From contig JBAZYK010000008.1 in the NCBI GenBank assembly GCA_041659405.1, positions 1 through 32,000 of the forward strand: a DNA stretch of 32,000 nucleotides, read 5' to 3'. Position 1 is the first letter of the stretch. Every line of letters starts with the position of its first letter. The position numbers were made by a program, and so were the translations under genes. The notes beneath the pieces are model-generated. The model did no database searches, was not told the DNA's origin, and saw nothing but the letters and a program-made list of their open reading frames with translations. Origin of the DNA: Candidatus Altimarinota bacterium (GTDB lineage: Bacteria; Patescibacteriota; Gracilibacteria; UBA1369). Below, one piece after another: positions 17,483 through 26,580 of this stretch.

Positions 17483-17543
17483 GCTAAAGCATTTTGAGGT
17501 GAACTTGCCGTTCATCGCATTCAAATCCTAAAAAGTTACCACA

Positions 17544-18089
17544 ATGACTCATACATTAGTACAAGAAATAGAAAAGCAATTTACCAAGAAAGACGTTCCG
17601 GTATTGCGCCCAGGTTACGCTGTTCGCGTTCACCAAAAGATTAGGGAAGGTGAAAAAGAACGTGTTCAGATTTTTGAGGGCCTCGTGATCTCTTTAAATA
17701 GCGGTCATGGCGTTAGCAAAATGGTGACTGTTCGCAAAGTAATCGAAGGAATTGGCGTGGAGAAGATTTTCCCGCTTCATTCACCAAACATTGTAAAAAT
17801 CGAGATTGTTAAGACTTCCGGTGTTCGTCGCGCTAAGCTTTATTACATGCGTGGTTTGGCTGGTAAGTCTGCCAGACTTCGTTCCAAACTTGGTTTGATG
17901 GCCGAAGATGAAAAGATGACAAAAGAAAAAACTAAAGAATTAGCGGAAGAGTTATTGGAGGAAGAAGAGGTAGTTGCTCCAGCAGAAGAAGTAGTTGCAG
18001 AAGCTCCAGAAGTAAAAGCGGAAGAAACAACTGCAGAAGCTCCGGAACCAAAAGCAGAAGAAGTAACTGCTGAAGCGGAACAAAAATAA
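17544..18089 (+). CDS. rplS: 50S ribosomal protein L19 with Ala/Glu-rich C-terminal extension
   Basis: 'PGYAVRVHQKIREGEKERVQIFEGLVISLNSG...EKIFPLHSPNIVKIEIVKTSGVRRAKLYYMRGLAGKSARL' is diagnostic; about 60-aa AEE/PEA repeat tail. Confidence 0.95.
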   Translation: MTHTLVQEIEKQFTKKDVPVLRPGYAVRVHQKIREGEKERVQIFEGLVISLNSGHGVSKMVTVRKVIEGIGVEKIFPLHSPNIVKIEIVKTSGVRRAKLYYMRGLAGKSARLRSKLGLMAEDEKMTKEKTKELAEELLEEEEVVAPAEEVVAEAPEVKAEETTAEAPEPKAEEVTAEAEQK

Positions 18090-18144
18090 CTCGCAACAAA
18101 ACTTGCAAAAATAATTGCAGCACGAGTTTGATCACATGCAACCT

Positions 18145-18172
18145 AAATCCGGTCGAAAGACTGGATTTTTTG
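18145..18172 (+). terminator. Intrinsic terminator after rplS
   Basis: AAATCCGGTC-GAAA-GACTGGATTT hairpin (one wobble) running into a T tract. Confidence 0.75.
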
Positions 18173-18204
18173 TTTGTAGATAGGCAGAGTCAAGGAAGTG
18201 CGCG

Positions 18205-18990
18205 GTGGTAAATTTAATTGAGACCATTATCGCATGTTGCACGATTGTTGATTCACCAGTATTTATGCCTTTACAGCCATTTTCCAAATTTCTTCCCCAA
18301 GGTTTTAAGGCCGATTTTACCGAGGTTTGCGGGATTGATGAAGTTGGAAGAGGTTGCTGGGCCGGGCCGCTTGTGGCGTGCGCTCTAATGTTTAATGAGG
18401 ACATCAAAATAAAAGATCTCAAAGATTCCAAGCAACTCACCAAAGAAAAGCGGGAGGAGGTTTTTGAAATGCTAAGTCAGGCTAAAAAAGAGCAGAAAGT
18501 TTTTTTTGGAGTGGGTATTTCTGAAGTTCACGAAGTGGATGATTTAGGCGTAATTAAGGCCAATAATTTGGCTTTTGTAAGAGCTTTGAAGGAAATGGTA
18601 AAAGCGGGGGCGGCGCAAAATTCCGGATTGAAAAAATTCAAAGCTTCAGAAAACATTAAAAAATCGCAGAGGAAGTTTTCCGCGCCAAAATTTTTGCTGG
18701 TTGATGGCAGAGATAAACTGCTTTTGCCATATCCTTTTGCAACTGTAATCAAAGGCGACGAAAAAATTAAAATGATTGCCTGCGCTTCTATTATTGCCAA
18801 AGTCACACGTGACCGCATGATGTGCGAACTCGCCAAAAAATATCCGGAATATGGATTCGAGCTTCACAAGGGCTACGGCACGGAACGTCATCAGCAAGCC
18901 ATAAACGAGCATGGTATTACCGCAATCCACCGCCGTCATTACAAACCGGTTTATATGACATTTCAAGCCACTTTGCCGTTTGGGGATTGA
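18205..18990 (+). CDS. rnhB: Ribonuclease HII
   Basis: 'GIDEVGRGCWAGPLVACAL', 'DSKQLTKEKR', 'ACASIIAKVTRDRMM', 'GYGTERHQQAINEHG' motifs. Confidence 0.93.
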   Translation: MVNLIETIIACCTIVDSPVFMPLQPFSKFLPQGFKADFTEVCGIDEVGRGCWAGPLVACALMFNEDIKIKDLKDSKQLTKEKREEVFEMLSQAKKEQKVFFGVGISEVHEVDDLGVIKANNLAFVRALKEMVKAGAAQNSGLKKFKASENIKKSQRKFSAPKFLLVDGRDKLLLPYPFATVIKGDEKIKMIACASIIAKVTRDRMMCELAKKYPEYGFELHKGYGTERHQQAINEHGITAIHRRHYKPVYMTFQATLPFGD

Positions 18991-19057
18991 ACGATCTGCC
19001 AATCTAACACAGAGCACAGGAAAAGCTTTCTGTGAAAATGCCAGATTCAGCCGCGCC

Positions 19058-20248
19058 TTAAAGATTTTTAAGAATTTCACTCAAATATCGGCTATTTTGT
19101 TCAGCCAAATTTTTGAAAATTGGTTTTTTATACGCCAGATTTTTTTGGATCAGTTCGTAGTTATCGAGCAGTTTTTCAAAATTGTCCTGCAGATCTTCAG
19201 CTTCAAAATGGCTCCACTTAAGTAAATATTCTTCTTTTTGCAAAGAATGTACAAAAGAAACCACCTTTTGGCTATAGGCCAAAGCCAAAAAAGGCGTTTC
19301 GGTCAAAGTTGCGAAAATCAGACTATGCAGGCGCATGCCAACAACGGCCTTTGCTTTCGCCATCAATTTTAAAACCTCACGATAATCGGAAGTGAATTCA
19401 AAAATTTCCACGGCATTTTTATTCAGAACAGAATTATAAATTTCCTCCAATGGTTTTACGTCATTATCCAAAACAAACTGAAAGGGGACTAACACAGTCC
19501 TTAAGCCTTTTTTTTGATAGAGCCAATCAATAAATTTGGCCAATTTTTTTAGTTTTGATTCATCGTGAGAACTCCATGGGCGAACGGAAAGGACAACATA
19601 ATTTTCGCGCTTTGCGGAAAGTGACATGCTTGTTGTCTGCGTTAAGCCTGATGCGTCCGGACCTTCAAACTCCACATCCAGGAAAAAAGCCGGATCGGTC
19701 AGAACATGGGCATTATGTATGCCGAGTTTTTGCAGGACGATAGCCGAAGAAGCATCTCGCACAGTAATAACTTTCGCTTTTTTAAAGACAACTTTGGTCA
19801 TGTGTCGGCCAAAAAATGTCATTAAAGGTCCAACACTTTGCCCCAAACAAAAAATCGGTTTATTGAAAAAACGGGCAGCTGCAGCCTGAATCGACCAAAT
19901 CAAAATCGCCAAAGGCCGTTCATCCGTAAAAAGTCCGCCTCCACCCAAAATAAAAATGTCACAATTTTTAATGGCACGCAAAGTTTCTAGCAGCCCTTTT
20001 TTAGTTAAAGCTCGCCAAAAAGAACGAAAGCCGGCAGGAAGAAGATGGACGGTTTTAAGTTGGTTCTCATCAGCAAAATTAGTTTGGTGCGCCTGCGCCG
20101 TTTCTTCCGGATTATGGCTCATTACCGTGATATTCGCCGGAGTCGCTTTTTTCACCAACGCCAAAATTCCATCCAAAATCGCCTCATCCCCAAGATTAGA
20201 AGCGCCATAATTGCCACAGATGACGATATTTTGTTTATTTTGAGCCAA
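19058..20248 (-). CDS. csaB: Polysaccharide pyruvyl transferase, CsaB family (apparent TTG start)
   Basis: 'GNYGASNLGDEAILDGIL', 'LGGGGLFTDER', 'GQSVGPL', 'VVGMRLHSLIFA' motifs. Confidence 0.88.
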   Translation of the reverse strand: MAQNKQNIVICGNYGASNLGDEAILDGILALVKKATPANITVMSHNPEETAQAHQTNFADENQLKTVHLLPAGFRSFWRALTKKGLLETLRAIKNCDIFILGGGGLFTDERPLAILIWSIQAAAARFFNKPIFCLGQSVGPLMTFFGRHMTKVVFKKAKVITVRDASSAIVLQKLGIHNAHVLTDPAFFLDVEFEGPDASGLTQTTSMSLSAKRENYVVLSVRPWSSHDESKLKKLAKFIDWLYQKKGLRTVLVPFQFVLDNDVKPLEEIYNSVLNKNAVEIFEFTSDYREVLKLMAKAKAVVGMRLHSLIFATLTETPFLALAYSQKVVSFVHSLQKEEYLLKWSHFEAEDLQDNFEKLLDNYELIQKNLAYKKPIFKNLAEQNSRYLSEILKNL

Positions 20249-20313
20249 AGTGGATGTAATAAAGAAACCTTACTTCGATTGTATAAAACAGACGAGGAAA
20301 CTGACAGCCCATT

Positions 20314-20342
20314 GTGGGCCTTAGCGTTGACAAAAATGCTAA
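20314..20342 (+). promoter_or_regulatory. Candidate sigma70-type promoter (TTGACA-17-TATCCT) at the start of the foreign-looking island
   Basis: 'gcgttgacaaaaatgctaaaatatagtatcc' read directly; approximate coordinates. Confidence 0.4.
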
Positions 20343-20705
20343 AATATAGTATCCTTCGCCTCCTGGTCACGAGTTTTCGTGATGAAGGTCGATTTGCACT
20401 TAAACGTGCCGTTTGACACTTCTTCATGACTTGAGATCAGTCGTTCTTTGAAAAGTCGCATTAGTACGATCTCTAACAGAGATCGATATGTATATAAGTT
20501 ATTGGCTACAGGCCAAACAGCCTTCAGGGGCTCAAATTTGCAAGCAAGTGCACGGGATTGCAGGCAGATTTGGGTCTCTGAAGGTTGCTCGCGCAACAAC
20601 CCAAGGAAGACTCGGTTCGCGCAGAATTTTGCGTGGATCTCTCAGCAGTTCGTTTCGTACGAAACCTCAAGAGGACCGCTTCGGGCAACCGGACGGTTTA
20701 GACAC

Positions 20706-21374
20706 ATGCGTCGACGCGTTCTCGGTTACATGGGCGCAGTCGTTGTTGCCATCATGGCTATCAACGGCTGCAAAAAGGGGCCGCCCTGCGACCCCCAGAG
20801 CGAAGTTTTGCTCAACGACGTGTGTCGTGACTGGTGCGATCCGGGAAACCACGCACGTGGTGCGAAGATCGACGGCGAGTGCGTCAATGCCTCGTCCGTT
20901 GACCCCAGCTACCAAGAGCCTGGGACCACTGGCAGCACCACGGTCAACAACACGACCACGGTGAACAACACGACCACGGTGAACAACACGACGGGTGCTG
21001 GTGGAAGCACGAGCACGACGACCACCACGGCGACCAACACGGGCGCTGGCGGCGGTACGGGCTCGACTATCACCTTCGCGTCCGACGACATGATGCTCTT
21101 GGGCAGCGATGGAGGGTTCTACCCCCAGCTCACGAGCAAGTCGTTCTCGTTCACGGGTGGTATGTCATTCGCGCTGACGGCGCAGAACTACATCGACGTC
21201 TCGGTGCAAGGCTGCAACATCAACGCGTACGACTACAGCCCTGCTGGATGGGATAAGAACACCCTCGGCAACGCACTGGCCGGAACGCCGGGTAAGCTCG
21301 AGCCTCTCACGATCCCGATCAGCGCGTTCCCCGGGAAATTCGGCAGCTTCATCTTCGATGTGACCTGCCCGTAG
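20706..21374 (+). CDS. Putative secreted lipoprotein with Thr/Asn/Gly low-complexity linker; myxobacteria-like style (track ORF begins at 20448; MRRRVLGYMGAVVVAIMAINGC at 20706 is the more plausible start)
   Basis: Signal-peptide-like N-terminus ending in lipobox INGC; linker 'TTGSTTVNNTTTVNNTTTVNNTTGAGGSTSTTTTTATNTGAGGGTGS'; GC-rich codons unlike neighbouring genes. Confidence 0.65.
   Translation: MRRRVLGYMGAVVVAIMAINGCKKGPPCDPQSEVLLNDVCRDWCDPGNHARGAKIDGECVNASSVDPSYQEPGTTGSTTVNNTTTVNNTTTVNNTTGAGGSTSTTTTTATNTGAGGGTGSTITFASDDMMLLGSDGGFYPQLTSKSFSFTGGMSFALTAQNYIDVSVQGCNINAYDYSPAGWDKNTLGNALAGTPGKLEPLTIPISAFPGKFGSFIFDVTCP
20942..20995 (+). repeat. Three contiguous 18-bp units (ggtSaacaacacgaccac) encoding (V/T)NNTTT repeats
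   Basis: Units at 20942-20959, 20960-20977 and 20978-20995 (last partially diverged). Confidence 0.9.
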
Positions 21375-21390
21375 CCCCATCCGGCAGTTC

Positions 21391-21481
21391 GGAAGGGGAG
21401 ACGCCTATTGCGCAATGCATAGGTTCGCGGTTTTACTACCGCACGTTATCAACGCCATGTTGATCGACGGTCTCCCCTTCC
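21391..21481. ncRNA. Candidate structured RNA: 12-bp closing stem enclosing three hairpins (cloverleaf-like)
   Basis: GGAAGGGGAGAC (21391-21402) pairs with GTCTCCCCTTCC (21470-21481). Inside: CCTAT...ATAGG, GCGGT...ACCGC and ATCAAC...GTTGAT. Confidence 0.55.
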
Positions 21482-21618
21482 TGGAGCAGTGGATGTTAAC
21501 TTTAAACTCTAATGCGACTTTTCTATCCTAAATTTTTGATTAAAATTTCAAGTCAGCTAAATCGAAAACTAACCCTAAATAAAAAAGGGGATTTTATGTT
21601 ATTCAAAATTTTTTAATA

Positions 21619-21756
21619 CGGGCTGGGCAGTGCAATTTGAAGACATGTGCAGAGCGCAGCTGCCCGATGGATCATGATCCGGAGGGCTTCGCGAGGCCGT
21701 ACATGTTAGGCCGAGTGAAACAGCGAAGCGTTCTTCAAATTGCACTGCCCAGCCTG
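21619..21756. ncRNA. Candidate structured RNA or MITE bounded by a perfect 22-bp inverted repeat
   Basis: GGCTGGGCAGTGCAATTTGAAG (21621-21642) and CTTCAAATTGCACTGCCCAGCC (21733-21754) are exact reverse complements. The interior has further hairpins, including GGATCATGATCC (21669-21680). Confidence 0.6.
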
Positions 21757-22683
21757 CAATGATCTATTTTTAATTAAATCAACTCCTCCCCAAAATTCTC
21801 TTCGTAGCGCTTTTTAAATTCCTGCCACGTGAATTTGTGGCCCTGCGTTCCGTGATTTTCCAGATTGTATGTTGCGGCAAGGGCGCCGATTTTGCAGGAT
21901 TTTTCCAGACCGTAATTCATTTCCATTCCAGCCAAAACTCCGGCTCTGAAGGCATCTCCGCAACCTGTGGGATCAACAATGTTAGAAGCCTTCACCGCAT
22001 GCACAAAATAATTGCCATCGTAGTCGCGCACACTGGCCCCACGGTCGCCGTGAGTCTCAATGTAGCATGGTGTCATCGTGCTGAGTTTTTCACGCGTTAT
22101 ACCCAGTTTTTTAGCTAAAAGCTCCGCCTCGTAATCATTCGCGATCAAAAGTTCCGCGCCTCCTATCGCCGTCAGCAACTGCGCCGGTGATAAACTGCCA
22201 ATTTGCTGCGCCGGATCAAAAATATATTTAATTTTATGTTCGGAACATTCCTGGCTTAATCTAACCATTCTCGCCGCGTCATCAGGCGCGATAATCGCCC
22301 AGGTGATCGCCCGATCCGCATAATCTTTAATTTGAATTGCATGTGGAGCGCTGCCCATAGCCCCAATCTGAAACATCGTGATTTGATTCAAACTTTTATC
22401 CGTCAAAATGTAAGCACTTGCTGTATAAAACTCCTTATTTGTCACAATACTCGAAGCGTCGATTCCATTGTCTTCAAGCCATTTTTTGTACTCATCAAAA
22501 TCTTTTCCGGCCACGCCAACAAGCAGCGGATCGCAACCCAACAACTTCAAAGTATAAGCAATATTCCCGCCGGTTCCACCATAATGCACCTTCTTGCTGT
22601 TAGACGTAAAAGTCACACTCAAACTATCCAGCTTTTGCGGCAAAAGCATGTCTTTAAAATACCCGTCATATTCCATTACATGG

Positions 22684-23484
<801 letters not shown>

Positions 23485-23536
23485 ATGAGTGTTATAATGC
23501 TATTAAGCCGGTGCCTTAGCCAGAATTTACCCCCCC

Positions 23537-24472
23537 CTACAGTTTTGCGATGTAATCTTTAAGCGCCTCATCCCATGGCCTTAAAGGTGGCAGTTTATTG
23601 TTGATCAGACCGGAATAAGTTGGTCTTGCCGCAGGGCGTACATACTCCGCGGAAGAGCATGGTACCACATTGACCGGCATATTTGCCAAGTCGAAAATTT
23701 TCTTGGCGAAATCAAACCAGGTCGTCTCTTTTTCATTGGTAATATGATAAATACCGGAAGGGTATTCGTGGCTTTCTACAAGCCATTTTACCTGTTCCGC
23801 CAAATCAACCGTATAAGTCGGTTTACCATGTTGATCATTGACCACTTTCAAAGGTTTTGCCTTTGCCCCGGCCTTTAGTTGTTCACTGCCAAGTTTAAGC
23901 ATGGTATCAACAAAATTCTTGCCGTGCTTACCAAAAAGCCAGGAAGTGCGGATTAAAAAGTATTTTCCACCCTCCGGCAAATCTTCTGCTGCAAAGCCTT
24001 CCGGGATCTGATCATCTTCGGCATATAAAAGTTCCATTTCTTCAATCAAAAGTTTTTCTCCAAGTTCTTTACCTCTACCATAAGCGTTAATTGGATTGGT
24101 TTTGTCCTCCTCTTTGTAACCTTTAACCTTCTGGCCATCAAAAACATAATCGCTACTAAAATGGACCAGGGTTGCGTCTATTTCTCTTGCAGCCTGAGCC
24201 AAAACTCCCACAGAAAGACCATTAACCTCATCGGCTTTTATCTCTTCTTTTTCGGCCAGATCCACATTGGTGTAACCGGTAGCGTTGATAACAACGTCCG
24301 GCTGAATCGTCATAAATTTTTCAAAAACCGCATTGCGATCGGTAATATCAAGATCGGCAAAACCCAAAGCAATCAGATCTTCTTTACCGAAAGCCCGAAC
24401 CAGGTCTTTTCCGAGCATGCCGTCTTTTCCAAGAATTAAAATTCGCACACCAATCAAATTATGAATTAACAA
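23537..24472 (-). CDS. rfbD: dTDP-4-dehydrorhamnose reductase (RmlD family)
   Basis: 'ILILGKDGMLGKDLVRAF', 'VVINATGYTNVDLAE', 'SSDYVFDGQK', 'NAYGRGKELGE', 'IRTSWLFGKHGKNFV'. Confidence 0.9.
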   Translation of the reverse strand: MLIHNLIGVRILILGKDGMLGKDLVRAFGKEDLIALGFADLDITDRNAVFEKFMTIQPDVVINATGYTNVDLAEKEEIKADEVNGLSVGVLAQAAREIDATLVHFSSDYVFDGQKVKGYKEEDKTNPINAYGRGKELGEKLLIEEMELLYAEDDQIPEGFAAEDLPEGGKYFLIRTSWLFGKHGKNFVDTMLKLGSEQLKAGAKAKPLKVVNDQHGKPTYTVDLAEQVKWLVESHEYPSGIYHITNEKETTWFDFAKKIFDLANMPVNVVPCSSAEYVRPAARPTYSGLINNKLPPLRPWDEALKDYIAKL

Positions 24473-26204
24473 AATCTTTTATTTCCCCCAAAACCTTATC
24501 CAATTTTACCAGTTTTCCATCTTTTTCATTGCGCAATTTCCATTCCACAGAGCCTTCTTTAAGCGTTCTATTGCTGATGGTAATACGCAATGGAATTCCA
24601 ATCAAATCCGCGTCATTAAATTTCTTTCCGGCTGAATCATTGCGATCATCGTAAAGAACTTCCACGCCAGCTTTAAGCAGCTCTTTATAAATCTTTTCCG
24701 CTTCACTTTTCACAGCCTCATCCTCACCTAAATGCATCATGTGCACAAGGAAAGGAGCTACCGATTTTGGCCAGATAATGCCTTTTTCGTCATGGCTGGC
24801 TTCCACAATTGTTCCCACCATGCGAGTCGTTCCAATACCATAACATCCCATCACAACCAAATTGCGTTCGCCTTTTTCATTGGTGAAATAAAGATCAAAA
24901 TTTTTGGAATATTTGGTGCCAAGTTTGAAAATATTTCCGGCCTCCACCGCTTTGATTTCTTCCAATGGCAGATCACATTTGCTGCATTTGAAGCCTTTTT
25001 CCACGGTAAGAAAATCAGCAAAAGTTTCAATTACAAAATCACGACCAACGTTTACATTTATAAGATCAACATTCTTTTTATTCGCGCCCGTCACAAAGTT
25101 TTTAACTTCTTTGATGGAATTATCACCAATAAAAGAAAGTCCTTCCGCACCCGCAACCTCACCCGGTTTATGCTTTGGTCCGCCTGTAACATTTTGCATG
25201 CCAACAGGGGAGATAAATCCTTGCACTAAGCCAAGTTCTTCCAGTTCTTTTGGGGATGCAGTCCTGATTTCCGCACCCAAAAATTTGCCAAGTTTATATT
25301 CATTAACTTGCAGATCACCGCGAATACAAACTCCAACAAAACCTCCACCAACTTTATAAATGATGGTTTTTAAAACTTTTGTCTCCGGAACATCATGCGC
25401 TTTTGCGCTTGCCTCAATGTTAAATTCACGCTCAACTTTTACTTCTTTCATCGGAAGTTCCTTTTCATCCGCATGAGGATTGTGGATTTTTCCTTCCGCC
25501 ACTTCCAGATTTTGCGCAACATTACATTTTTTACAAACCATAATTTTGTCTTCACCCGCAACGGTTTCCACCGAAAATTCATGGGAAAGTTTGTCACTAA
25601 AAATACCGCCACCAGCCTCAACCACATAGGCTGTAAGCCCACATCGGCGATAAACATTCATATAAGCTTCCTTTACTCTTTCATAATATAGATCCAAATC
25701 CGCATCGGAAGTATGAAAACTGTACATGTCTTTCATGCCGAATTCACGACCGCGCAATAAGCCGGATTTAGCGCGAGGTTCATTACGAAATTTGGTTTGA
25801 ATTTGATAAACCGAAAATGGTAAATCTTTGTAACTTTTAACGAATTTGGCAGCCAAAGGAGTTACCGCCTCTTCATGGCTTGGGCCAAACACAAAGTCCT
25901 TATCCCCGGCGCCCTTGGTCCTATACAAAATTGCATCGGCGGTTTTGTTGCGGCCCGTTGTTTCCCAAAGTTCCAATGGATGAAGCGAAGGCATCAAGAT
26001 TTCCTGTCCTTCAACCGCGTTCATCTCTTCGCGAATAATGTTCTTAACCTTCTCCAAAACTCGCAATCCCAAAGGCAAAAAATAATAGACCCCGGCTGTT
26101 AATTTATCCGCAAAACCGGCCTGGGTAAGATACTTGGCATTAATGGAATCGCTGTCGTGTGGAGCTTCCAGTTTAGTTCGACCAAAAAGTTTAGAATATC
26201 GCAT
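24459..26204 (-). CDS. proS: Prolyl-tRNA synthetase, bacterial type (start taken at MRYSKLFG; track ORF begins at 26294)
   Basis: 'KYLTQAGFADKLTAGVYYFLPLGLRVLEKVKNIIREEMNAVEGQEILMPSLHPLELWETTGR', 'QTKFRNEPRAKSGLLRGREFGMKDMYSFH', 'GCYGIGTTRMVGTIVE'. Confidence 0.95.
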   Translation of the reverse strand: MRYSKLFGRTKLEAPHDSDSINAKYLTQAGFADKLTAGVYYFLPLGLRVLEKVKNIIREEMNAVEGQEILMPSLHPLELWETTGRNKTADAILYRTKGAGDKDFVFGPSHEEAVTPLAAKFVKSYKDLPFSVYQIQTKFRNEPRAKSGLLRGREFGMKDMYSFHTSDADLDLYYERVKEAYMNVYRRCGLTAYVVEAGGGIFSDKLSHEFSVETVAGEDKIMVCKKCNVAQNLEVAEGKIHNPHADEKELPMKEVKVEREFNIEASAKAHDVPETKVLKTIIYKVGGGFVGVCIRGDLQVNEYKLGKFLGAEIRTASPKELEELGLVQGFISPVGMQNVTGGPKHKPGEVAGAEGLSFIGDNSIKEVKNFVTGANKKNVDLINVNVGRDFVIETFADFLTVEKGFKCSKCDLPLEEIKAVEAGNIFKLGTKYSKNFDLYFTNEKGERNLVVMGCYGIGTTRMVGTIVEASHDEKGIIWPKSVAPFLVHMMHLGEDEAVKSEAEKIYKELLKAGVEVLYDDRNDSAGKKFNDADLIGIPLRITISNRTLKEGSVEWKLRNEKDGKLVKLDKVLGEIKDFVNS

Positions 26205-26319
26205 AAAAAATAAACGTGAGAAACGTAAATAAAGGCATAAATAAATCCACGGGTATCTTAGCACAGGAGAACCCTGATCGCCATAAGATCTCATCGCTAC
26301 AATTTACACACCGACTCAC

Positions 26320-26349
26320 AAAAAGAGCCTCGCGACGGAGACTCTTTTT
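26320..26349. terminator. Probable bidirectional intrinsic terminator between rfbB and proS
   Basis: AAAAAGAGcCTC...GGAGaCTCTTTTT hairpin with A/T tracts on both flanks. Confidence 0.7.
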
Positions 26350-26492
26350 ACCGGTTTGGAACGAAGTAGCTTGAGAACAACAACCACATTATAAACCAAC
26401 ACGGCAAATAAAAACAAGATTTTAGATTTAATTCACAATTGCTTTAAAAAATTTTAATCTTTCTTCTGTATAAATGGAGATGCTCAATGCAT

Positions 26493-26561
26493 GGGCCCGC
26501 GTTTGGTAACAAAAGTTGCTTCGAGAACAACTTCACGGGGGTTCGATTCCCCTCGGGTCCA
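26493..26561 (+). tRNA. tRNA-like element, atypical (69 nt, short D arm; anticodon ambiguous, CGA if the standard 7-nt loop is assumed)
   Basis: Acceptor GGGCCCG / CGGGTCC, T arm GGGGG-TTCGATT-CCCCT, anticodon-like GTTGC-TTCGAGA-ACAAC with a C.A mismatch. D arm only TTT/AAA. No encoded CCA. Confidence 0.4.
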
Positions 26562-26580
26562 CATCACACATTGGGCTTTT

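Noticed and set aside
19626-19889. Plus-strand ORFs opposite csaB
   Set aside because: The CsaB-family frame on the minus strand has all diagnostic motifs; these are shadow ORFs.
20448-20705. N-terminal 86 aa of the 308-aa track ORF
   Set aside because: Begins inside a structured leader, and a credible lipoprotein signal sequence starts at 20706, so the upstream part is probably untranslated.
20488-20964. 158-aa plus-strand ORF in the GC-rich island
   Set aside because: Overlaps the leader and the lipoprotein start; Arg/Pro/Thr-rich out-of-frame translation of GC-rich DNA. The lipoprotein frame has the signal peptide and lipobox.
21619-21756. Intrinsic terminator for the PfkB gene
   Set aside because: Although near the stop codon, the two arms are 90 nt apart with a structured interior and no U-tract on the minus strand; not terminator-like.
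26204-26294. 30-aa N-terminal extension of ProS in the track
   Set aside because: Sequence before MRYSKLFG has no ProRS similarity and lies in the intergenic region; internal ATG at 26204 preferred.
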